DNA of 64,000 bases from assembly GCA_012862495.1 (NCBI GenBank), contig BLSG01000208.1, forward strand, positions 105,439 to 169,438, given 5' to 3'. This stretch comes from Thraustochytrium aureum (Eukaryota). The position numbers and the translations under genes are program-made. Shown here piece after piece: positions 1 through 10,310 of this stretch; position 1 is the stretch's first letter, and the number at the start of each line of letters is the position of its first letter. Below the pieces are notes generated by a model. It ran no database searches. It had not been told where the DNA came from and worked only from the letters and a program-made list of their open reading frames with translations.

Positions 1-289
1 GGGCTTGAGAGGGTCGCTATTGAGCCGCGCTCTATTCACTGGCGAGTGCGGCGCGACGAGTTTGGGGCCCGCTTGCGAAAGAATTACGTTGCACCCCTTT
101 TGTCTTCCTTCTTTGCTGTGCGGCCTAGCCTTGTCCCTCCGCTGGTGGCCTGGCGTTTCCGTGATGCAGGCCTCGCGCGGCTGCCCTCCCGCCCGGGCGT
201 GAGGTTGCAGGCGGTGAAAAATAGGCTTTACTCGTGATAAATAGGCCTACGGTAGTCTTCGGGGAGGCCCACGGTCAGAGGCCGCTCAG

Positions 290-2682
290 TCAGAGCTTGC
301 AGCGTTGCGCGGCGACGTCGGCAAGGTCCTTGGGCGTGAAGGGGACGTAGGTGCGCGACTCGGGGTGCAGCCAGTAGATCGGGTCCGAGACGACGGCGTG
401 GTCGACGCCCTCCGTGCGCAGCTGCACCTTTTGATGCTTCATAGTAGCAGTGACAGCCATTTGCGGCTGGATGCGCAGGAAGAGAGGCACGGCATAGGGC
501 GGCAAGTTCTTGAGCGCGTGCTTGGCCAAGCCGTCCAGGTCGATGTTGCTTAGTTTTCCGTCCTTGGGCGTGATGGCAGCCGTCGGCGCGCGGCCGTCCA
601 TGTTGTTGGGGATCTGGACACCGTACACATTGCACTCCTCCACGCCGGGGAAGACAGAGATGACCTCGCCGACTTCGTTCGTGGAGCAGTTCTCGCCCTT
701 CCAGCGGAACGTATCGCCGATGCGGTCGACAAAGTGAAAGAAGCCCCGATGGTCGCGGCGGAGCAGGTCGCCCGTGCGAAAGTACTGGTCGCCCTTGACG
801 AAGACGTCGCGCGCAATTTTCTTCTCCGTCGCCTTCTTGTCCGAGTACCCGGCAAACCGAGTGCTGGGGTCCTCCGGCTTGATAGGGAACAGGAGCTCGC
901 CAGGCTCGTCGGTGTTGCAGTCGATGCAAAACCCGTTCGGTCCGCGGATCGGCTCCTCCTCCACCACGTCAAACTTGACGAGCTTGAGGCCTGTCACGCG
1001 CGTCATGAGCGTGCCCATGCGCCCGCAGGCGCCGCGCGCGTCAGGGACTGTGCAGTGGTTGATCAGGGCGGCCTACTCGACAGCGGAGAACCCTCTTTTG
1101 TTAGTCTGATGCCACGCCGGTGAAATGGTAGAGCAAGGCAAAGCAAAGCGAAGCGAAGCAAAATAGAGCGAGCGCGCACCCGTGCTCGACTTACGTTGCC
1201 TTCAGTGGAGCCGTAAAACTCGCCCACCTCCGGAATGTTGAATCGCTCCTGAAATTCAGCCCAGATCTCGGGGCGCAGGCCGTTCCCGACTGCGATGCGC
1301 ACGCAGTGCTTCTTCTCCTCAGGCTGCGGGTCCTGCAGGATGAGGTAGCGGCACAGCTCGCCGATGTACTGGACGACGGTGCACTTGTACCGCACGCAGT
1401 CCTTCCAAAAAATCCTTGGCGCTGAACTTGCGCTTGATGACGACACTGCGGGGCGGTTTCCGAAGCGCGTCGANNNNNNNNNNNNNNNNNNNNNNNNNNN
1501 NNNNNNNNNNNNNNNNNNNNNNNNNNNNNNNNNNNNNNNNNNNNNNNNNNNNNNNNNNNNNNNNNNNNNNNNNNNNNNNNNNNNNNNNNNNNNNNNNNNN
1601 NNNNNNNNNNNNNNNNNNNNNNNNNNNNNNNNNNNNNNNNNNNNNNNNNNNNNNNNNNNNNNNNNNNNNNNNNNNNNNNNNNNNNNNNNNNNNNNNNNNN
1701 NNNNNNNNNNNNNNNNNNNNNNNNNNNNNNNNNNNNNNNNNNNNNNNNNNNNNNNNNNNNNNNNNNNNNNNNNNNNNNGTGTAAAACATGATGCCGATGC
1801 CGAGGCCGCCGCCGGCCGAGTGGAACAGCGGGAGGCAGGTGTACACCGTGTCGTTCTCGTTGACGAGAAACCCGTTGGCAAGCAGCGCGCCGACTGGGAA
1901 ACACAAAGCGCGTCAGCAGGCGCCGCATGCCAGCAGCAAGCAGACCGAAACTCACAGGCGTAAAACTTCTGGTGCAGGATGACCGCCGCCTTGGGCAGCC
2001 CAGTCGTGCCAGACGTGTAGATGTAGCCAAACACGTCGCTCATGATGATGCCCTCGCGGTGCGTGGGCGACACGGCCGTGCATGGTGCAGCCCCGATGGC
2101 CTCGTCAGCGTGCTCGCAGAAAGAGACTGAACCCGACCCGCTCGCGCAAAGGAAGATGCCGAGGCTCTCGAGGTCGTGGCGGACGTCCTCGACGCTCTCG
2201 GCCAGCTCGACGCCGAAGAACAGCATCTTGCACTCGGAAATCTTGACGCAGTGCACCAGGCCCTTGGCCTTGATGGCCGTGTTGATCATCGCCACCTTGA
2301 CGCCGATCTTGGTCATGCCGAGCCAGGAGATCACAAACTCGGGGCGGTTCTCCATCAGCAGGCTGATCGTGTCGCCGCGCTTGAGCCCTTTGGACAGGAG
2401 CCAGTTGGCCACGCGGTTGGACCGGTCTTCCAGCTGCTGAAAGGTGACCACCTCGTCCATGTACATGAGCGCCGCCTTGCCGGGGTTTTTGCGCAGCGTG
2501 TCGTACCAGAGGTTGGTCACGTTGTATCCGTTCTTGAACTTTGCGTTGATCTCTGCTTTGACCTTGAGCAGCCGGCGCGCCAGCTCGACGTCGCCCGAGA
2601 TGTTGTGCCGCTCGTCCAGGTACTTCCACCCCATGTAGGCCGCCGCGGCGCCGGCGCCAACTTTGAGCAGCTTGTTCGACAT
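290..2682 (-). CDS. Fatty acid transport protein / very-long-chain acyl-CoA synthetase (SLC27/FATP family), spliced
   Basis: AMP-binding motif [14 protein letters not shown], plus [26 protein letters not shown] and FRTGDLL...[20 protein letters not shown] introns at ~1894-1955 and ~1073-1194 restore the frame. Gap 1474-1778; extra T in a homopolymer near 1410. Confidence 0.93.
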
Positions 2683-4911
2683 TTCTCACGCGTCCTCCAC
2701 CTCTACCGCGGCCAGCCGTCAGCCGCCACGCGAGCTAGCGCCGCCTCTGCCGGCCAAGTCCGCCACGAGTGCCCCGATTCCGTCCCCAATTCCGTCCTTG
2801 GCGTCGTCCGTGCCGCCACTTACCTGTCTGTTCCCAGTGCCGCTCGCCCGCCAAGCTTGCCTTCTTCGCCAGCCCGCCTGTCTCCCTGCGCGCGCTCCTG
2901 CTTTGCTCTGCGTGCCCTGCTGCGCTGCTTTCGGTGTCTGCTGCTTGCCGCGTCAGCTTGCGCTCCAACAAGTGCCAAGGCCTGCTGCTATCCTACCTAC
3001 CTCGAGCCTGCTCCTCGTATCTTTTCTCTGAGTAACATAAAACAACGCACACGCTCGAGAGGCACCGGAGCTGGCTGGACTTCCTGCAGGGCCCTCCGCG
3101 GCTCTGGCAGCTCCGACCGCCAGAGTCCCAGCACGTTGTCGGCCACGTTGTCGGCCAGGACGGCTCATCATGAATGAGCCCAATCGAGATGAAGGATGGG
3201 ATGCATGGGGCGGGTGGGTGGATTGATGACGGTGAAGGGTGAATTTGATGGATTCCGTTCGTTGGTGATCGAACTTCATCGAAGGGACGCGCGTGGATGG
3301 ATGGATCTGGCCGACTTGCCTCCTTTTTCCTCTTGCGCAACGGCAGCGCCACGAGCGCAGATCGCGCTGTTGTCGATGTGGACGCGCTAAAAAGATACGC
3401 GCGGAATTGAGGCGGACTGAGTGAACGAGGACGGCGATTCGACGAGGATTGGTCTTGCTCGACCAGGTGCTCACGAAACTGGGGCTGACCTGTTACGACC
3501 TCGCCGGGGGGTTTTCTTCGTGACGTACGGGGTACCGGCACTGACTGGATTATCGTGAGATCGAGGCGCCCACCCGTCATTTCCCGGTCCCCGAGCACGT
3601 GAAAGGCGTTCTCTCCTGACGGGCACTCGATACCGGGGACTCCGCGTGACGACAAGTTAGCAAGAGTCTCATCACATGTACGTCACCTGGCGTGCGAAAG
3701 CGTAACGAAGCGTCTCGGGATCGAACGTGTGACGACAAGATGACAACGGCCTCGTTCGCCTTTACGTCACTTCGCCTGCCCACACGTTACACGCTCCGTC
3801 TGGGGATCAAACTGGCTCCCACCGAGCCCGCAGCGCTTCCGAGACCTGTCCACCCCGTTGGCAGTGCACACCTAGGGCAAGACGCCAATCGGTGGCCAGC
3901 TGGCATGTCCGAGGGGGCCAGTGAACTTACAGTGTCTGGAGATGTCCACAGGCTCGGAGCAGCGTCTCTCACACGCGCAACTTGAACAATCATTGGCACG
4001 CTCATGAGTAGTGAAACGTTTGGCAACACAAGGACACCACGCGGCGCCCTCTCAACTCCGAGACCTCCGACGTTCATGTGAGCGTGCCGCACTTTCAGCA
4101 GTACAGTGCTTTGCACAAGACAACCAAACCTCCTTGTGGACACACGCTGCGCTCCAAATGGCTCTGCAGACGTTTGACGAGTGGCCAAGCCTGGGAGCAG
4201 CCGCAGCGATGGCAGCAGGTGAGATGCAGGTGAGATGGAGTAGAGTACTTGGGTAGTGGGTAGTACTAGTAGGCAGCCGAGCTGATAGGCGGAGTGTCGT
4301 GCACACTTGTTGGCTTCGCGCGTGATAGTGATGGACCGCGCTTGGCGCGCGCCTGACTCGCCGAGCAAGGCCAGCGGTGGCGCACAACGCAGCCCGGTTA
4401 GCCTGAGATCGCGACAAGCCGCGTGTGCGGCACGCGTCAGAACGCGCTGCTTGCAAGTGCTCAATCACTCGCGGATCTCACATCAAGACTTGCTCACATG
4501 GTCAAGCCAAGGACGACGACGCTCCTCCTCCAAGTGGCTCGCTCGATGGCACTGGCCACCTCTCCAGAGCACGCCATGTGCTTGCCAGTGTGCTGCGAAC
4601 GAAGCGACTCGCTTCACCTGATTAGACAGCCCTCTTGAGCTAGCTTAGCTCGAGTAAACAAGTGCCCACATGGCCGCCTCATCGGAGTTTCGGACGACCG
4701 AGTACTGGCTCGGCAAGCACTCTGACTAGGGCGCATCCCAACGCGGTGGCTCCGCGGTGCAAGTGAGAATTTCCTTTCTCCGCCAAGAACGCGTGACGCC
4801 GAAGTGTGCTGGCGCCGCTCCGCCCCTCGATGGGCATCAAAGCAAACCAAGCAGTTCCCTTTTGGTGTCGTCAAGGACCTGAAAGGTGGGAGCAGTAGCC
4901 GCTTTTGGGCG

Positions 4912-7900
4912 ATGAACCTCCGGCTTGTGCAGGCGTGGTGCTTTGCAGCCGTCGCTGCGCTCTCGAGCACGGAGGCGCAAGGGCGCAAGCCGATCCCAAA
5001 TGGAGTGGCGTGGTCGCTGCTTGCATGGGGCTTCAAAAACGGTGGCAAGGATGATTCCGTGTCAAGCAGCGCCCCAGTTGTGATCATCGACATGGACGAG
5101 GCCGAGTCGCGCATCAACGACCTCAAGGCGCAAGGCAAGACCGTCATCTGCTACTTCTCCGTCGGCACGCTCGAGTCGTTCCGCGCCGACACACAAGCAG
5201 ACATCGAAAAGTGGAAGGCCGTGGCCGTGGGGAAAATGTCCAACTGGGACGAAGAGTGGCTCGACATCACCAAGCTCGACTTGCTCAAGGAGATCCTGGC
5301 TCCGCGCATGGACCGCGCCAAGGCGCGCGGCTGCGATGGCGTCGAACCCGACAATATCGACTGCTACCAAAACCCGCTGTGCTGGCAGAAGATCCCAGGC
5401 ATCACAGAAAAGAAGGCCTTGGAGGCCCAGCTCGCCTTCAACCGCTGGCAGGTCGAGTACGCCCACTCCATCGACCTCAGCATCGGCATGAAGAATGCCA
5501 TCGGCCTCCTTGACTACGGCTTGGCCGACATCTACGACTTTGCGGTCAACGAGCAGTGCATGAAGTACCGCGAATGCGAAAAACTTGGTCGGCTCTTTCA
5601 TGAGCGCAACAAGGGCGTCCTGCACGTCGAGTATACCGCATCCTCGGACCGTTGCTCGGAGGGACTGCGCCAGCACCTTTCCACAAAGTACTGCGTTGGC
5701 AGCGACAGCTCGGGCCTGTGCAACCAGCCCTGGATCGACTGCGTCAGCCCCGGCACGCCGGCCGCGCCGACCTCGCCGCTACCCACGCCCAAGCCGACAC
5801 TCAAGCCCACACTCAAGCCGACGCTCAAGCCGACGCTCAAGCCGACGCCCCAGCCGACGCCGCCCACGCCTAGGNNNNNNNNNNNNNNNNNNNNNNNNNN
5901 NNNNNNNNNNNNNNNNNNNNNNNNNNNNNNNNNNNNNNNNNNNNNNNNNNNNNNNNNNNNNNNNNNNNNNNNNNNNNNNNNNNNNNNNNNNNNNNNNNNN
6001 NNNNNNNNNNNNNNNNNNNNNNNNNNNNNNNNNNNNNNNNNNNNNNNNNNNNNNNNNNNNNNNNNNNNNNNNNNNNNNNNNNNNNNNNNNNNNNNNNNNN
6101 NNNNNNNNNNNNNNNNNNNNNNNNNNNNNNNNNNNNNNNNNNNNNNNNNNNNNNNNNNNNNNNNNNNNNNNNNNNNNNNNNNNNNNNNNNNCGCAATACC
6201 GACACTAGCGCCGCACCCGCCCACGCCAGCCCCGCCCCGTTTAACCGCACCCTGCCCCTGGGCACAACATGGGCCAACGTCGCCTGGGGCTGGCGCTTTG
6301 GCGGGGAGGACTCGATTCAGGGACTCCAAGTCGTCGTGATCGATCTCGAGGACGCGGCGACGCGCGCCACGCAGCTCAAAAGCCAGGGCTTCACTGTGGT
6401 GTGCTCCTTTTCTGCCGGAACCCTCAATCCGACGAGCCCGGACGTCCAGGCCAACCTTGACCTCTGGCAGGAAGCTGCTGTCTCGCGTATGACGCAGTGG
6501 TCGAGAGAGTGGCTCAACATCGACGACCTCGGCAGGCTCCAAAACCTGCAGGCCTCGCGCTTGGAGCGCGCCGCCAAGCTCGGCTGCGATGGCGTCGACC
6601 TCGACAATATTGACTGCTTCGTCAACCCTGTGTGCTACAAGAACTTGCCCATCAGCAACACGCCTGCCAAAGCCAGCGCAGCGCAGTTGCGCTACAACTC
6701 GTGGCTCGCCGATGAGGCGCATCGGCTCGGGCTCATGGCGGGTCTGCGCAACGCAATTAGCCTGGCCGCTGACTTGGTCGACAGGTTCGACTTCATCATT
6801 GTCGAGAATTGCGCGCGCTACAACGAGTGCAAGATGACCAAGCCGTTCGCAGATGCGGGCAAGGCCATATTTGCCGTTGAATACACGTACGCCCGCGATC
6901 GCTGCTCGCTTGCTGACCGGTACGACCTCAGCCTCAAGTACTGCACGGGGTCAAACGTGAACAGCCTCTGCTCCTCCGGGGAGTGGGTCAACTGCTTCGA
7001 GCGCGAGCCGGCCGCTTCCTTGCCTTCGCAGGTGCCGAGCTCAGCGCCGACCACCTCGCCGCGCAGGAAGCTTCCAGGCTTTCCCGCCGCCTGGGCAAAC
7101 CGCGCATTTGGCGCTGCCCCGAAGGCGAGTGGCGCGATGCGGGGCGAGTCCGCTCTGCTCAACATCGGCGCGGACGTTGTGGACGGCGCCGAAATCGTTA
7201 TTGTCGATCTTGATGCGGAAAACGTTGCTGACCTGCGGCGTATGGGCGAAGCGGGCCACATCGTGATCTGCTCCTTCTCAGCCGGCGCCATCGAGGACCT
7301 GCGCCCCGACGTGACGTCGCAGAGAAAATTTTGGGACACCATCGCTGTCGAGGGCTACAACACACCTGATGGCCACACGTGGATCAACATCGCGAAGCTA
7401 GAGCAGGCCAAGCAGGTCCTCGCGCCGCGCATGCTACGAGCCAAGGATGTGGGCTGCCACGGCGTGCTACCCGCCAACATGGACTGCGTGTTTCATAAGG
7501 ATTGCCGCCAAAACCTCGGCTTCAAGCAGCCCAAGGACCTCGCCTCTGCCTCTGTCCTCCAGCTCCAGTTCAACCGGTGGGTTGCAGCCGAGGCAGGTCG
7601 CCATGGCCTACTCGTAGGCCTTCGACACTTCGAGCAGCTTGCTGCTGAACTGGAGCAGTACTTTGACTTTGCCGTCACAGAAAACTGCATCCAGCTCGAG
7701 ACTTGCGACATGCTTCGAGTGTTCAACGAGTCGGGCAAGCCGGTCCTCAACGCCGAATATGTCGCAGTGGGCGCAAACCGCGGCGATTTCTGCGGCCAGG
7801 CCAACGCGTTGTCGGTCTCGACAAAGGTCTGCTACGGGTACGCCGAGGACCGGAGCTGCGGAGCTGCCGAGACGTGGGTCAATTGCTTTTCTCCCGTCCA

Positions 7901-8352
7901 GGTTACGCCCGTCCCAACCGTGCCGGGTCCTCTGGCTATCGGGCCAAACGGCAACGAGTCCGATTCGGTCCCTGGCGGGACTATCCTCATTGCCGCCGTA
8001 GCCTCGGCCGCGGGCGCGCTTTTGGTTGGCCTCGTGGCTCTGGGCGTCAAAACAGCGCCGCAGCAGAGCGTCACCACCAGGAGCTCAGCCTGCAGATGCC
8101 CGCAAGAGCTTTGTCGGCTCGCCATCGCCGGACTTGACCGAGGAGCCGCCCACGGCGCTCTCGGCGGCTGTGCGGTACGCCTCAGTGATGCTTAGCGGCG
8201 CCGCGGCGTGGCTGCCTGGGCAGACCGAACCAGCTGCTGACTCGGCACAAGCACAAGCCAAGGCTACTTCGCCGTGGTGGGTGAGCAGCCTCAGCACGGC
8301 CTGGGCCGAACCCGAAGATGCCAAGGCGAGTCGCCAGGACCCGGAGATTTGA
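4912..8352 (+). CDS. Type I membrane protein with three tandem GH114 (endo-alpha-1,4-polygalactosaminidase-like) domains
   Basis: Signal peptide MNLRLVQAWCFAAVAALSSTEAQ. Three copies of the pattern VICxFSxG...WxxI...GCxGVxxxNxD...GxxN...DFxxxExC (~5000-5750, ~6270-7000, ~7090-7900). PTLK linker, TM helix ~7980-8045. One extra A near 8050 shifts into a cytoplasmic tail ending 8352. Gap 5875-6191. Confidence 0.8.
5780..5873 (+). repeat. 12-bp coding tandem repeat (PTLK)n in Pro/Thr linker
   Basis: aagccgacrctc-like units repeated, running into an assembly gap. Confidence 0.8.
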
Positions 8353-8466
8353 GCCTGGCACCTTGCTTGCTGCTTGACCATATCGCTGCGCACTGTCGGC
8401 TCGGCGTTCCACACAGAACATCAGTTCAGAATGCTCTAGAGACAGAATCCCACGTTTATTTATTCG

Positions 8467-8515
8467 ACGCGCTGTCGCCAGCGGCACGCGCTGTCGCAAG
8501 CGGCACGCGCTGTCG
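8467..8515. repeat. Short ~20-bp tandem repeat (about 2.5 copies)
   Basis: acgcgctgtcgcmagcggc repeated directly. Confidence 0.65.
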
Positions 8516-9238
8516 ATGCAAAGCAACAAAGTACAAAGTNNNNNNNNNNNNNNNNNNNNNNNNNNNNNNNNNNNNNNNNNNNNNNNNNNNNNNNNNNNNN
8601 NNNNNNNNNNNNNNNNNNNNNNNNNNNNNNNNNNNNNNNNNNNNNNNNNNNNNNNNNNNNNNNNNNNNNNNNNNNNNNNNNNNNNNNNNNNNNNNNNNNN
8701 NNNNNNNNNNNNNNNNNNNNNNNNNNNNNNNNNNNNNNNNNNNNNNNNNNNNNNNNNNNNNNNNNNNNNNNNNNNNNNNNNNNNNNNNNNNNNNNNNNNN
8801 NNNNNNNNNNNNNNNNNNNNNNNNNNNNNNNNNNNNNNNNNNNNNNNNNNNNNNNNNNNNNNNNNNNNNNNNNNNNNNNNNNNNNNNNNNNNNNNNNNNN
8901 NNNNNNNNNNNNNNNNNNNNNNNNNNNNNNNNNNNNNNNNNNNNNNNNNNNNNNNNNNNNNNNNNNNNNNNNNNNNNNNNNNNNNNNNNNNNNNNNNNNN
9001 NNNNNNNNNNNNNNNNNNNNNNNNNNNNNNNNNNNNNNNNNNNNNNNNNNNNNNNNNNNNNNNNNNNNNNNNNNNNNNNNNNNNNNNNNNNNNNNNNNNN
9101 NNNNNNNNNNNNNNNNNNNNNNNNNNNNNNNNNNNNNNNNNNNNNNNNNNNNNNNNNNNNNNNNNNNNNNNNNNNNNNNNNNNNNNNNNNNNNNNNNNNN
9201 NNNNNNNNNNNNNNNNNNNNNNNNNNNNNNNNNNNNNN

Positions 9239-9343
9239 GCCTTGGCAACGAACAGCGGCTCTTCAACAACATCCGAGCGCCACTTGCGCCTTTCGGCGCC
9301 GCTGCCGTTCCCGGCGACCCCGTCGCCGGCTCGCTGGGCCATC
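9239..9343 (-). CDS. Possible N-terminus of an unidentified gene running into gap 8540-9238
   Basis: ATG-initiated MAQRAGDGVAGNGSGAERRKWRSDVVEEPLFVAK, truncated by Ns; no motif recognised. Confidence 0.3.
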
Positions 9344-9490
9344 CACAAAGCCAGCGACCGACCGCAGGCGCGCCAGACGCACAGGAGCCGCCAGACGCAG
9401 CTCACGCCTGCGAGAGGGCCGACGGCCACCGCGGCGCTCGCTCGCCCTCCGCCAACGCTGCCGCGCGCACTGCCGCACTGCACAGTCCGT

Positions 9491-9615
9491 CCCAACCTAA
9501 CCGACCCTGGCGCACCCTAGCGCACCCTAGCGCACCCTAACCTACCCTAGCGCACCCTAACTGAACCTCCAGGGTGTGACCGACCCTAGCTAGGGTCGAG
9601 GCGCTGGGTTAGGGC
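9491..9615. repeat. 10-bp periodic telomere-like (CCCTAR) minisatellite followed by an 18-bp perfect palindrome
   Basis: About 7 units like cgcaccctag/cgcaccctaa (9491-9560), then cgaccctagctagggtcg (9581-9598), then gggttagggc. Confidence 0.75.
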
Positions 9616-10310
9616 ATTGAGCGCTCAAGTTGGCGCCAACGTGGCAAACAGGTTGCGCATTCAGCGAACAGTATCTTCCTCAGCAAGTTGGAGAGCAAGT
9701 ACTTGCGCCTCTGCCGGGCCTACTCTTTGCCTCGGCAACTGGGCTTGACGCGCGACATTGTGAATGCGACGACACGGCCCGTCCGGCACCAGCCAGCAAG
9801 CCCATGCAGGCCTTGCTTTGCTTTGAACTCGAATGGTCTTGAACTCAAAGTTTGCTTGGTTTTGGTGGTTTTGTTTTGGCAACTTGCTCGACGAGCGCCG
9901 TCTTGCGTCTCGCGTGGTGCAGGTGCCGGCCTGGCTGGCTGCCCGCTGGATGCCTGCCTGGCTTACGCGCACGCTTCGCTTCTCTCTCGGCCACTGTCCT
10001 TGGGCGGGAGGAGTGGTCACGGACGAGTGGTGGAGGAGCAGGCAGCTAGCTGAGCATGCATCCTTTTGATTGAAAGAGAACTTTAGAGTTGACGAGATGG
10101 GTGATTCATGCAGCGCCCGCTGATGAACTGATTGACGATGAGTGCGTGATCAGAACAGCGGAAGGGAGGTTTCGCTTCCAGCGAGTTGCCTGCACTGCTT
10201 CGTTCGCCCCAGGCTGACAGACACCAAACGACGGCGCGCGGGCCTGCGAGAAAGAGGACCGGAGTGCGCTGCAGCGGCGAGCACGGCGAGCACGTGCAAG
10301 GCGAAGCAGT

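Noticed and set aside
2700..4800. Numerous overlapping ORFs upstream of FATP
   Set aside because: No recognisable motifs; such ORFs are expected by chance at this GC content.
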